A stretch of DNA of 64,000 nucleotides from an uncultured Verrucomicrobiae bacterium. GTDB lineage: Bacteria > Verrucomicrobiota > Verrucomicrobiia > Limisphaerales > JAFGQR01. A program made the position numbers and the translations under genes. The DNA is taken from assembly GCA_963788655.1 (NCBI GenBank), contig CAWBHS010000064.1, positions 1 to 64,000 of the forward strand, in the 5' to 3' direction. Below are positions 1-11,300 of the stretch, piece by piece. The notes beneath the pieces are model-generated. The model did no database searches, was not told where the DNA came from, and saw only the letters and a list, made by a program, of their open reading frames with translations. Each line of letters opens with the position of its first letter. Positions within the stretch are counted from its first letter, which is position 1.

Positions 1-36
1 TGTTATGTGGTACGCATTGACTGGTACCGTATTGCT
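1..36 (+). other. Probable Oxford Nanopore ligation-adapter remnant (non-genomic)
   Basis: The window starts tgttatgtggtacgcattgactggtaccgtattgct. Its end (cgtattgct) matches the end of the ONT adapter ...GTTCAGTTACGTATTGCT. Protein-like sequence (DVICHSRGG) starts at base 37. Confidence 0.7.
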
Positions 37-717
37 GACGTGATCTGCCACAGCCGCGGCGGACTGGTGACGCGCTGGTGGCTGGAAGGCTTTGCCGATC
101 CGCGCACCAAGCTCCGCGCCGTGCTGGTCGCCTCGCCCATCGCCGGCACCAGTTTGGCGGCGCCGGCCCGGCTGAAGAACGCAATCAATTTCCTGACCAA
201 CGTCGGCGAGGTGCTCGAACACGGGACTGGCTTGTTGAGCGGCGTGCCGTTCTTTGCGTTTGCCAGTGGCATCTTGCGGATCATCAACTCGATCACGCGC
301 GTGGTGGCCAAAGCGCCACTCATTGATGCCGCGGTGGCGATGATTCCCGGATTGGCCGCGCAATCCCTGGCCGGCACCAATGGCGAGATCCTTCGCCTTC
401 GCACCTACACCGGCTCGGCCAACCTCGAGTATTACGCCGTGAAGGCGAACTTCGAGCCAACGAGTCCCGGCTGGGCGTTCTGGCGTTACTTTTCCAAACC
501 GCTGGTCCGCCTGAAAGACTGGGCCGCCGACCTCGTGTTCGAAGGCGACAACGATCTGGTGGTGGACTGCAAATCGATGGACGAGCTGGCGGACGACATT
601 CGCCTCAAGCCGGCCAACGTGCTGGACTTCGGCACCACCGATGAGGTGCATCATTCGAACTATTTCCGCCAACCCAAGACGCTGGAATTCATCCGCACCA
701 AGCTCTCGATTCCGTGA
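37..717 (+). CDS. Alpha/beta-hydrolase (lipase/esterase-like), 5'-truncated
   Basis: Nucleophile elbow CHSRGG, SPIAGT motif, NDLVV (candidate Asp) and HHSNYF (candidate His); the start lies outside the read. Confidence 0.75.
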   Translation, partial: DVICHSRGGLVTRWWLEGFADPRTKLRAVLVASPIAGTSLAAPARLKNAINFLTNVGEVLEHGTGLLSGVPFFAFASGILRIINSITRVVAKAPLIDAAVAMIPGLAAQSLAGTNGEILRLRTYTGSANLEYYAVKANFEPTSPGWAFWRYFSKPLVRLKDWAADLVFEGDNDLVVDCKSMDELADDIRLKPANVLDFGTTDEVHHSNYFRQPKTLEFIRTKLSIP

Positions 718-844
718 AGCAGAGCCGCGACCGTGAGGGAGCGCTGGAACCGTTCAAGGGAACAACGCGAACGCGGCGGAGGACCGTGCGCACTCCACGA
801 CCTAGCGGAACATAATTAGCACTGCAGCGACACTTTCACAGATA

Positions 845-934
845 GGGGCGCGGCCTTTAGGCCGCTTCAAGCACCAACAGGCCAACCAGCGGCTTGCGGG
901 ATAGGACGGTGAAGCGGCGTAAACGCCGCGCTCC
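845..934. repeat. Inverted pair of REP-like palindromes (family B)
   Basis: ggggcgcggcctttaggccgcttca (845-869) and tgaagcggcgtaaacgccgcgctcc (910-934) are near reverse complements. Each is an internal hairpin, and they differ by a compensatory C-G/G-C swap. They lie between convergent genes. Confidence 0.7.
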
Positions 935-981
935 TGCCGCGATTCGCCGGAACTGTCGCCGCAGTGTTATCCCGTGAAACA

Positions 982-1021
982 TCGCGCCAGCGTTTGGAGT
1001 GCGTCCGGCTTGCCGGCGCTT
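982..1021 (+). repeat. REP-like dispersed repeat (family A) copy 1
   Basis: tcgcgccagcgtttggagtgcgtccggcttgccggcgctt; related copies at 4114-4150, 7474-7516 (reverse) and 7538-7580. Confidence 0.8.
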
Positions 1022-1180
1022 CCAGATGGGCAGAATTCAACGAGCTTGGCGGGGAAACGTTAGCAAATTTCTTGGCAGTGCAAGCGAGGCGGCCTCGCAA
1101 GGATACCGTGCGAGAAGCCTACAACTTTCTGGCCTGCTCCCCCGAAACGAGACTCCTTACGTTGTCTCCTACGCGGAACG

Positions 1181-1695
1181 CTATTGGGGCGCCTTCTCAG
1201 GTGCGGACGGATTGTTCGTCGGTGCGGCGGCCTTGGCGGGCGTGTTACTGGCCGTTGCCGCGATATTCGAGGCCGTCATCAACGGGGTGTTGGTGGCGCT
1301 GGCCACCGCATTGCTTGCCGTCATCAGCATGGCATTGGTGGGCACAATCGCGGGGGTGGCGGTGGTATTGGACGCCGTCGGCGGGGGCTCCGGGGGGGGC
1401 ATGGTTTTGGCCGCTTGCTTTAACTGGTTCTCAAAACTCTGGCCACTGTTCTTGGCCTGGTTCGCGTTGAGCACGGTCAAGAGCATGGTCATGACCAGGA
1501 AATAGCCCGCGGTATATTTGGTCAACTTGGTCAGGGCGGTACCGCTACCGGCACCGAACAACGCATCGGTGGCCGCGCCACCAAACGCCAGGCCGATCCC
1601 GGCTTCTTTCTTGGGCAGTTGCATCAGAATCAGCAGAATCAAAACCAGACAGTCCAAGACCAGCTGAAGGTAAAAATACCAATGATGAAACTCAT
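1181..1695 (-). CDS. secG: Preprotein translocase subunit SecG with long Ala/Thr/Asn-rich C-terminal tail (1-nt indel near 1665)
   Basis: LILLILMQLPKKEAGIGLAFGG...LFGAGSGTALTKLT is the SecG signature. The likely start ATG at 1695 (MSFIIGIFTF) is out of frame with the body by one base. It sits downstream of tpiA, as is usual. Confidence 0.88.
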
Positions 1696-1706
1696 AACGG
1701 TTCAAT

Positions 1707-2469
<763 letters not shown>

Positions 2470-2507
2470 GCGTATCGTTTAAAAAGAAAACAGTTAATCA
2501 GTCGAAT

Positions 2508-3787
2508 CTACGTCCGCGGCTGGTCGGCCGCTTGGTTACCGCTCAGAAGGGCGGCGACGCCCGGCAGAACTTTGCCTTCCAGAAACTCCAGGCTCGCCCC
2601 GCCGCCGGTGCTCATGAAGGTCACTTTGTCGCCCAGCTCGGCCTTGTTCAGCGCCTTCACGCTGTCGCCGCCGCCGATGATGCTCTTGGCGCCTTTTTGC
2701 GTCGCCTCCGCCACCGCCTGGGCAACCGCGTTGGTGCCTTGCGGCAAACCGTTTGTCTTCAAACAGGCCCATCGGCCCGTTCCACAAAATCGTTTTGGCC
2801 CCGGCGAGGCGGCCGAATAGGCCTGGACCGTGGCCGGGCCAATGTCCAGCCCCGCGGCGTCGTCGGGACAATTGGCGTCGGTGTTCGCGCGCTGGTTTTG
2901 GAATTCAATGACCGGCTTGCCTTTCTTGTCCAGTTTGTCGGTCTTCACCGGCACGGCCACCACGTCGTCGGTCGGCAGCAGAAACTGCACGTTGTTGGCC
3001 TTGGCCTTTTCAGAGCTGATCGGCGGTGTCCGTCTTGTCCGGCTCCACCAGGGATTTGCCGGTCTTGCAAGCCCTGAGCCAGCCGGAACGTGTAGGCCAT
3101 CGCGCCGCCAATCAGGATGGTGTTGGCCTTTTCCAGCAGGCGGTCAATGACCAGGATCTTGTCGGACACTTTGGCGCCGCCCAGAATGACGACGAACGGC
3201 CGGGCGGGGTTCTCCAATTCCTCGCCCAGGTAACTGCAACTCGCGCTCCATCAGCAAGCCCGCCGCGCACTGGCCGCCGCGCTTGGCCACGACGCGGGCC
3301 ACGCCTTCGGTCGAGGCATGGGCGCGGTGGGCGGCCCGAACGCATCGTTCACATAAACGTCGGCCACCTTGGCCAGCTTCTCGGCAAAAGCCGGGTCATT
3401 CTTTTCTTCTTCCGTGTGAAAGCGGACGTTTTCAAGCAGCAGCACGTCGCCGGGTTGCATTCCGGACACGGTCTGTTCGACTTTCTCGCCGATGCAATCA
3501 TCGACAAAATTCACGGTCGCTCCGAGCAAATCGGCCAGTTTGGCGGCGACGGGCCGCAGGGACATCGAAGGGTCCACTTTGCCTTTGGGCCGGCCCAGGT
3601 GGGACGCCAGGATCAGCTTGGCTCCGGCTTTGACCAGCAGGTCAAGCGTCGGCAGGGTTGCTTTGATGCGCGTCGCATCCGTGATGACCATCTGGCCGTC
3701 TTTTTCTTCCATCGGCACGTTGTAATCCACGCGCACGAACACGCGTTTACCATGCACTTCCAAGTCGTTAACGGTTAATTTCGCCAT
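2508..3787 (-). CDS. pgk: Phosphoglycerate kinase (several indels, probably read errors)
   Basis: [45 protein letters not shown] and [13 protein letters not shown] occur in order across frames. Confidence 0.95.
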
Positions 3788-3940
3788 AACTCAAAACCAA
3801 CAAGAGCAGGAGAGAATATCGAAGACCGGCCATCAGTCAAAGGGAATTAACGGGCGATTTTGGGCGGGAAATTAGTGAGACAAGGTGACGCAGAGGAAGC
3901 CTCCGTGCCGCAACCCAAGTCCCTGGCACGCTGCCGTTCG

Positions 3941-3961
3941 GGACAGGCGGGACGCCTGTCC
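3941..3961. repeat. Perfect 9-bp-stem hairpin (REP-like)
   Basis: ggacaggcg-gga-cgcctgtcc in the intergenic region upstream of pgk; no clear U-tract. Confidence 0.5.
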
Positions 3962-4113
3962 TGCTGAATTGTTGGGATTAAGGTACCAGCAACACCCGAT
4001 AGAATCGATGGCCGGTTGCGGAGGCGCCATTTCGGACCGGACGTTACGAACACTTTGAGTTCTTGGCGATTAACGGAATATATTGCCACGTTGTCTGCGC
4101 CGGCGCTTCGAAG

Positions 4114-4150
4114 TCGCGGCAGCGTTGGGAGTGCGTCCGGCTGGCCGACG
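4114..4150 (+). repeat. REP-like dispersed repeat (family A) copy 2, degenerate
   Basis: tcgcggcagcgttgggagtgcgtccggctggccgacg matches 982-1021 with a few mismatches. Confidence 0.7.
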
Positions 4151-4265
4151 AACCATCGCTCCTGTTCCCCATCGCCTCCGCCATTCGGCATCTCATATCC
4201 GGCATCCGGCATCCTCCACCCCTCGACTTCAGCCACTACTTCGCCGACGGGCTCCGAAGGTTGTC

Positions 4266-5240
4266 TTATCCGAGGGCCTGGTTCACGGCGGCCTTCATTT
4301 TTTCCAAGCCCAATTTGGCGACATCAACCGCGTCTTGTTTCCAATAGTTGCGATTGAATAGCTCCAGGGACAGTACCTTGCCCGGGCCGGAAACATAAAG
4401 GTTGCGCAGGATTTCATCCATGGGTGCAACGCCGTCTCCGGGCATGACGCGATGACTGTCATTCGCCTGGTCGCGGGGCAGATCGGCGGGGTAATCGTTA
4501 ACATGGAATACCTGGATGGCCGCGCCGCTGAATTGCCGCAATCCCGCGAAGCTGGAACCGCCTTTGTAAATGTGAAAAACGTCCAGCACCACGCAGGCTT
4601 GGGGATGGCCGCTTTCAATAGCGACATACGCGACGTCGCCCAGGCGATGCAGGTTCTGCGAGAAGCCCCACAGTTCGAGCTGCGGCGTCACGCCGATCTG
4701 GTCGCCCATCTCCAGCAAAGTGCGGAACCGTTCCGCTGCTTTCAGCAAATCCAATCCCGGTTCACGCGTGGCGCCCGCCGGAGGAGCGGCCATGCGTTTG
4801 CCGCCGATCTGCGCCACCAACTCCATCTCGCGTTTGGCCTGCTCCATGCCTTTGGCGCGCGCGGCGCCGTCATCGACAATCCATTGCGGGAAACCGATCG
4901 CGCTCTCGACCGTCAAACCCAGGTCCGCAATGCGCTGGCGCAAGTCCTTTAACGAACCGCCTTCTTTGACATAGCTGTCAATGCTGCCAATCCAGGGTTC
5001 GATGGCTGTGAAGCCGCCTTTGGCCGCCGCTTCCGCTTCTTTGACGATGCCCAGTTTCTGCCCGCGAATGGTGCCGGTATTGAGGCAATACACAAACGGA
5101 GACGCGTTGGCGACCGTTGGGGGTTTGCCTTCCGCGGCGGCGGAGGTGGACCCAGAACGGCTCATCCAGGCTGCTCCCGCCAAGAGTCCCACCCGGTTCA
5201 GCGCCTGGCGGCGCGAGATTTTGTCAACGGTGTTTTGCAT
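4266..5240 (-). CDS. Tat-exported sugar phosphate isomerase/epimerase (xylose isomerase-like / AP endonuclease 2 TIM barrel)
   Basis: Twin-arginine signal SRRQAL after ATG 5240. Metal ligands in LELWG, LDVFH, FHVND, RVMPGDG and SLELF. Confidence 0.85.
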   Translation of the reverse strand: MQNTVDKISRRQALNRVGLLAGAAWMSRSGSTSAAAEGKPPTVANASPFVYCLNTGTIRGQKLGIVKEAEAAAKGGFTAIEPWIGSIDSYVKEGGSLKDLRQRIADLGLTVESAIGFPQWIVDDGAARAKGMEQAKREMELVAQIGGKRMAAPPAGATREPGLDLLKAAERFRTLLEMGDQIGVTPQLELWGFSQNLHRLGDVAYVAIESGHPQACVVLDVFHIYKGGSSFAGLRQFSGAAIQVFHVNDYPADLPRDQANDSHRVMPGDGVAPMDEILRNLYVSGPGKVLSLELFNRNYWKQDAVDVAKLGLEKMKAAVNQALG

Positions 5241-5269
5241 AATTTCAAATTGGGAAGATCCACTCGACG

Positions 5270-6085
5270 CTACAACGGGCGCACCCAGAGGTTGCGAAAG
5301 CGCACGGGGCATTCATGCCCGCTCAAGCAAAGGGGGCCCCGGGAGATTTTCTGATGATAGGCGGGGAGGATGCGGTGACCCGTTTCGCCATAAATCTCAT
5401 CGTTTAGATGGACCAGCACGCCATTGTGAAACATGGTTACCCGGGCCGGCTTGACCAATCTGTCGCCGTCAAATTTCGGAGCGGTGAAGACAAGGTCGAA
5501 CACTTCCCATTCCCCCGGTTTGCGGCAGACGTTCACCAAAGGCGGGGTTTGACCGTAAATAGCGGCGGCTTGTCCATCGGGATAAATTTTCTCGTTGTAG
5601 GAATCGAAGATCTGGATTTCGTAAAGGCCCATGAGCAAGACGCCGTTATTGCCGCGGTTGTACCAGGGACCATCGAAGTGGGCGGGCGCCATCCATTCGA
5701 GGTGAATCTGGCAATCACCAAACGGTTGCTTGCTGCTGAGGCTGCCTTTGCCCGCCTCGATGGTGCCATCGACCAATCGCCATTCATTGGCTTCCCACGC
5801 ATTCAGGTTTTTGCCGTTGAACAACACCACCGCATCAGCCGGCGCAGGTGCCGGTTGGGTCGGCGCCGGTCCGGGATTGATGCGCTTGGGCGCCGGCCGG
5901 TCCGGGTCATGCACGCGAAAGCCGCACCATGGGAGCATGGGAGTGTCGTTATAGCCATAGACTCCGGAGCCGTCTTTCGCATGGACCAGATCCGCGGCGT
6001 TCGCTCCGACGCTCAGCACGCTTACGATCAATGTGGTAAACAGTATCCAATGCGGATTGGAGACGGGGAGGTGTGCTGTTTTCAT
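5270..6085 (-). CDS. DUF1080 (3-keto-disaccharide hydrolase family) secreted protein
   Basis: Signal peptide; PADAVVLFNG, FGDCQIHLEW, RGNNGV, YEIQIFDS, GQAAAIYGQ, PGEW and PVRFRNLWVR are typical of DUF1080. Confidence 0.88.
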   Translation of the reverse strand: MKTAHLPVSNPHWILFTTLIVSVLSVGANAADLVHAKDGSGVYGYNDTPMLPWCGFRVHDPDRPAPKRINPGPAPTQPAPAPADAVVLFNGKNLNAWEANEWRLVDGTIEAGKGSLSSKQPFGDCQIHLEWMAPAHFDGPWYNRGNNGVLLMGLYEIQIFDSYNEKIYPDGQAAAIYGQTPPLVNVCRKPGEWEVFDLVFTAPKFDGDRLVKPARVTMFHNGVLVHLNDEIYGETGHRILPAYHQKISRGPLCLSGHECPVRFRNLWVRPL

Positions 6086-6130
6086 TTGCAGAAATCGTGG
6101 AGGTCCAAAATCGAAGGTGGCGTCGTCAGT

Positions 6131-7180
6131 TCACTTCATTTTTCCAGTTAATCGTTCCACCAGGAAATCACGAAAACCATCGAGGCTTTTCCACGAAGTG
6201 GCGACTTGCATCGGCTTGGCCTGGTCGTCGATTCGGGTAAAGCCCTGATCGTCCACCCGGATGCCCAACCGCTCCATGTTGCAGAAGTCCTGACGGATGG
6301 CCAGGTACACCGCCGTCGGATCGAACAGGGTGCTGGAATGGCTTTCCGCCGCCTGGTTGTTTTTATCCTTGGCCGTGCTCCAGATTCGATAATTGGCAAT
6401 GACGGCTGCCGCGACCGGGTCTTTGGAGTCGCGCACTTTCGAGTAACGTTTGCCGCTCAGGTTGACCAAGCCGCACGTGTCCAAGGGCGTGATGGTAATA
6501 TCCCAGGGCGCCGACAGCACCTTTTGACACGCCTTGGGATCCGCGCGGACGTTCCATTCGGCCGAGATGTCTTTGCTGCCACCGTAGCCCAAATGCACGC
6601 TGCCGTGCATGCCCACGAACCGCGCCCGTTGGGCGATCTTCGGCTCGCGCTTCAAAGCCTCCGCCATGTTGGGCAGCGGTCCGACCGCAATGATGGTGAT
6701 GGGTTCCGGTGACTTCATGATCATGTCGATGATCGCCTGAACTCCGTCCGGGAGCACTTGGCCGGGGTAGGATTTAAGATCGTAATCCTTGACCCACTCC
6801 GCTTGCGGTCCGGTGCCCTTGGGGTTCAACGGCAGTCCCAAACCGACGGGCACGTCGGTGCGACCGGCGGTTTCGAGCATCTTGGCAAAGATCTTGGCCC
6901 GGTACTCGGGTTTGCCGTAGTCGCCGACCACCAGTTTCAAATCCAGTTCCGGGCTCTTGAGCAACAGACCCAACGCCCACGTGTCATCGATGTCGTCGCC
7001 GATGTCCGAGTCGTAAATGACGGGAATGGATTTGGCCGCGGGCGCTTTCACGTCGCGGTCAGTGGCGGCGGTGGCCGACTCGCTGCCGGAGAGATGAAAT
7101 CCAAGACAGACGACGCCGAGGATGATGAAGGCCCGAACGATCCGGGCCGGATTTAGTTGACGAATAATCTTTGAGTTCAT
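6131..7180 (-). CDS. Secreted inosine/uridine-preferring nucleoside hydrolase family protein
   Basis: DSDIGDDIDD Ca-binding motif, AVGPLPN, MHGS, AEWNVRADP, PLD; N-terminal signal peptide. Confidence 0.85.
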   Translation of the reverse strand: MNSKIIRQLNPARIVRAFIILGVVCLGFHLSGSESATAATDRDVKAPAAKSIPVIYDSDIGDDIDDTWALGLLLKSPELDLKLVVGDYGKPEYRAKIFAKMLETAGRTDVPVGLGLPLNPKGTGPQAEWVKDYDLKSYPGQVLPDGVQAIIDMIMKSPEPITIIAVGPLPNMAEALKREPKIAQRARFVGMHGSVHLGYGGSKDISAEWNVRADPKACQKVLSAPWDITITPLDTCGLVNLSGKRYSKVRDSKDPVAAAVIANYRIWSTAKDKNNQAAESHSSTLFDPTAVYLAIRQDFCNMERLGIRVDDQGFTRIDDQAKPMQVATSWKSLDGFRDFLVERLTGKMK

Positions 7181-7473
7181 AGCTGGTCGTGCGGATTTTA
7201 TAGCGCAACCACGGCGCCGGTGGAAAGCCTATTGTTGGCCGCATTCACCGGAGGTAAAGGCCGGGGGGAAGGAAAGGACCAAGGACCAGAGAATGACCAG
7301 AAGCCAATGTCCAGGCGTTGGAGGCCACCCACGTTCCCGATACTGGCGTGAGGTCTGGAACTTCCGAATGTCGCGAGGCACTTGGGGAGCAGGGGGCTTG
7401 CGACTGCTTTCTCTGGACAGCATGAATCCCTCAAAACCGGCGGCGCTGGCAACAGGAAGTAACCCTCCTCAAT

Positions 7474-7580
7474 CGAAAGCGACGGCAAGCCGGACGCACT
7501 CCAAACGCTGGCGCGACTTGCATTGCCCATTTAAGCCTCGCGCCAGCGTTTGGAGTGCGCGGAGCTTGCTCCCGCTTTCG
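7474..7580. repeat. Inverted pair of family A REP-like repeats (copies 3 and 4)
   Basis: cgaaagcgacggcaagccggacgcactccaaacgctggcgcga (7474-7516) and tcgcgccagcgtttggagtgcgcggagcttgctcccgctttcg (7538-7580) with a 21-nt spacer. Confidence 0.82.
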
Positions 7581-7705
7581 TCGGTATCTGGAATTGGCGA
7601 ACGCAGTGCCGATTGGGAGTCGGCGAACCACCAAGTTGGGAGGCCTTCGCTACCGAGCAACGACCGGACTTCGTGCTTGAGTCTTGGGCCTTCTCTGGTG
7701 CTTGG

Positions 7706-8327
7706 TCATTGGACCTTGGTCATTAAATCCCGATCCGTGATGTGGTGAAGTATGCGTTCGAGTTGATCGCCCAGCACCGTTAGGTCGCCTTCATTCCAAA
7801 TCACGAAATGCGCGCGGGCCATTTTTTGGTCCACCGGCCATTGCGCCTGGTTGCGTTGGTCAATTTGTTCGGTCGTCCAGCCGCGGGCTTCCAGCCGCCT
7901 GGCGTTGGGTGACCGCTGAGCAAGCGACGCACAATATGTCGTCAAATTCGGCTTCAGCTTGGGTCTCGAACAACAGCGGGATTACCACCACACTCAACGC
8001 TTGCCCTTGGAGCTGCCATTGCTTCACTTGCGCCTTCCATTTGTCGCGAATGCGCGGATGCAAAATGCCTTCCAGCGTGCGGCGCATGGATTCATCCGCA
8101 AAGACCCGCCGCGCCAATTCTGCCCGACGCAGGCGGCCCTCGTCATCGACCACATCCTGGCCAAAGGCCTGACAGACTTCGCGCCAAGCCGGCTGGCCCG
8201 GTTCGACCACTTCACGCGCCAATTGGTCGGTGTCCGCCACCGGCACGCCGCGGCGGGCGAACCACTCGGCCACGGTGGATTTGCCCATGCCGATGCCGCC
8301 GGTTAAGCCGAGAATCTTCATCGCCAC
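7706..8327 (-). CDS. coaE: Dephospho-CoA kinase (indel near 7905)
   Basis: GLTGGIGMGKST P-loop, DTDQLAREVV, LEGILHP, IPLLFE. The C-terminal half (RRLEARGW...Q.PVDQK...FVIWNEG) is in a second frame. Confidence 0.92.
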
Positions 8328-8368
8328 CCGGTAGCCTAGCGTTCAATGCCGCCGGTGCGCTACCCCCG

Positions 8369-11300
8369 CTAACGATTCAACGGCTGGCTTAACCGGTAGA
8401 AGTATTGGGTGCCGGGCTGCACCCCAATGGTCACCACGTTCCAGCCTCGCAGTTCGGTGACGGGTTCTCCCACTGGGAGCCAGGAGGCCAGCGATCCCAA
8501 CCGCAGGGAGTATTCCAGCACGTAACCGTCGAATTGCGCCGGCCAGGAAACCATCAATTGGTCGCCGACCAGATCCGCTTGCAAGGACGGCAAGGGGCTC
8601 AAGGCGGTGTTCCCCAGCAGTTCCAAATCGAAGCCCGCATCCGAGTTGGTGGCCGAGCTTTGGTGGAGTTCGACCGCCAACACGTTCACGCCATTGAGGA
8701 GATTCGTCGGACTCACCGGAGCTGGGAAATAATAGTATTCGTTGACGCCGGCAACCTCAGTCAACGCCGGCGTGGTTTCATCAACCGTCCCCTCGGGCAT
8801 GTTGCTCCGGAACACCTCTTCGCCGTTGAGATAGACCACCGCGCCATCATCCCGCAGCATGCGCAGCGTCAAGTCCTGGTATAGCCCCGCATACGGCACG
8901 TCAAACGAATGCCGGAGATACGTCGTGATGTAGTGATTGGTGAAGGGCCCCATCGGCAGGAAGGTCGACTCGTCACCGCGGCCATAACCGAGAATCGCCG
9001 GCCCGCTGTTCCACAGTTGGTCGTCGAAGCCGGGTATCTGCCAGTTCGTGCCGGCATTGGTCCCGTGTGCTTCATATTTCCAGGTCGAACCGATCGAAAC
9101 CAGCGGCCCGCTCACCACCGGCACCGGGCTCGCGAACGCCGCCATCCGCAAGTCAAACGCGAGGTTGGTGCTGGCCTGGCTGGCCTGGTGGACTTCGACG
9201 GACACAATATTGGTTCCGGGCATCAGCAAGGTCGCGCTGGCATACGCCGTCTGAAAGACGTCCACCTGGTCCGGATTGACGTTGGTCAGCGCCAAGGTGC
9301 TGAACAGGACCTGGCCGGTCGGCATGTTGTTGCGGAACACCTCGTGACCGTTCAAATAAACCACCGCGCCATCATCCCGTTTCAGTTCGAAGCGCAGAAA
9401 GTCGTATTGGGCCGTCGGCGCCACGTTGAACCGCTTGCGGAAGTAGTACGTTGTAAACCGGTTGGTGGCCGGGCCGGGATTGAGCACCGTGACGGGATGA
9501 TTGCCAAAGCCCAGTTCGGCCTGTCCGAAGGACCAAACGCTGTCATCGAAGTTCAATATGGTCCAGTTGGTGCCTTGATCCAGGCCATTGTCGAGATACC
9601 GCCAGACAGCACCTTCGGGAAGCAACGTCACGGGCGGTTCCACGAGGGTGACGGTCACCGGCGTGGAGTCGCGGGTTTGGGCGCTGTTGTCGGTGGCCCG
9701 AGCCGTGATGGCATAAGTTCCGGCGTCCACGTTGGACAGCAACACACTGTACGGCGGGGTGTCGGATTGACCTAACTTGCGCGGGCCGGCGAAGTATTCG
9801 ACCAGCGTTACCAAACCATCGCTATCCGTCGCCGTCGCCGCCAGTTGCAGGCTGTCGCTTGCCAAGACTGCGTTGTCCGCCGGGCTGGTCACCGTCACGG
9901 TCGGCGAGGTATTGCTGACCGTGGCATTACCCAGCAATTCGAGGGCAAACGCCAAATCAAAACTAGTGGGCGAGCTTTGGTGGACTTCAACCGCCAGCAC
10001 GTTCACGCCATTGCTAAGGAGTAATGGACTGACTGGAGTCGCGTAATAAAGCTGTTCCGCCAAACCGGTGACATCGGACAGTGCCCGCGTGGTGTTGCCC
10101 ACCGTGCCGGTGGGCAGGTTGCTGCGGAACACTTCAACGCCATTGAGATAGACGCGCGCGCCATCGTCCCGCAAGACGCGGAGGGTCAGGTTGGAATAGA
10201 CGCCGGCATTCTCCACGGCAAAGGAACGGCGGAAATAGGTGGTGATGTAACGGAACGTTGGCGAGCCGCCGTCCACCACGGTGGCCACGTCATCCCGGCC
10301 ATAGCCAAGCAAGGCGGGACCCGCAGCCCAATCGCTGTCGTTGAAATCAGGCATCTGCCAGTTGGCGCCGGGATTGATGCCGTGATCCAGGTATTTCCAA
10401 TCTGATCCCAAAGCCACTATCGGCCCGCTGGTGGGCGGCATCACGGTGACGTTCAGCGTGGAGTTGTTGTTGGCCGAATTGGGATCGTTTTCACTCGCGG
10501 CGACGGCGGCGGTAAACGCGGCAGTGCCCGGCACACTCAGCACCACATTGAAGCTGACGTTCGTCCCGGCACCGGCAGATAGGTCACCCAATTGGACGGT
10601 CAGCACCTGGCCATTGAGCGTGGGGGTACCCAGATTCGAGTTGCTCTCCACCAGCGTAGCCCCGGCGGGCAACTGCTCGGTCAACGTGAGGGCGGTTGCT
10701 TTCGAAGGGCCGTAGTTCGTGATGCCGACATTGATGCTGAGCATCGTCTCGGCAGCCACTTGATTGCTCGAAGCAGTGGACTGGATCACCAAATCGGCCG
10801 AGCCGGGCACCGGCGTGGCGCTCAGAATACTCAGGCTCCAGCCTTGCTCGATGCTGCCCTGATCACCACTGCTGTCATCATAGACATACAATAGCCAGTT
10901 GCCGTTCGCGTTGATACCGGTGAAGGCGGACAGGTTCACTCCGTACGGCCCGTTTGTCGCCGGTGCCGGGAAGGTTTCTCCCGGCGCAAAGTCGGTCGGC
11001 CGGAACGTCCCGGAAACCAGCGGCCCGGTGCTCGTTAACCCGTTCGCACTCTGCCCGTCGAACTTCAACGTCACGTTGGTCACCGCGATGCCGCCGCCGG
11101 TATCGGACATCAAAAGCGATTTCTGACCCAAGGGCGCCACCAGTAGCACGTCGATGTCCTCCGGATAGGTGTGGGCCAATCCGTTAAGGGTGGCGGTGAC
11201 TTTGCTGATCGGGTTGGTCACACCGGCCACCGCAATGATCGACGGATACGGGGAAGCCGGGCCAAACGGCGCAATCAGGATGCGCGTCTTGTTGGTGAAG

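Noticed and set aside
720..1180. tRNA downstream of secG
   Set aside because: No cloverleaf or T-loop consensus found by eye on either strand; the region holds REP-like repeats.
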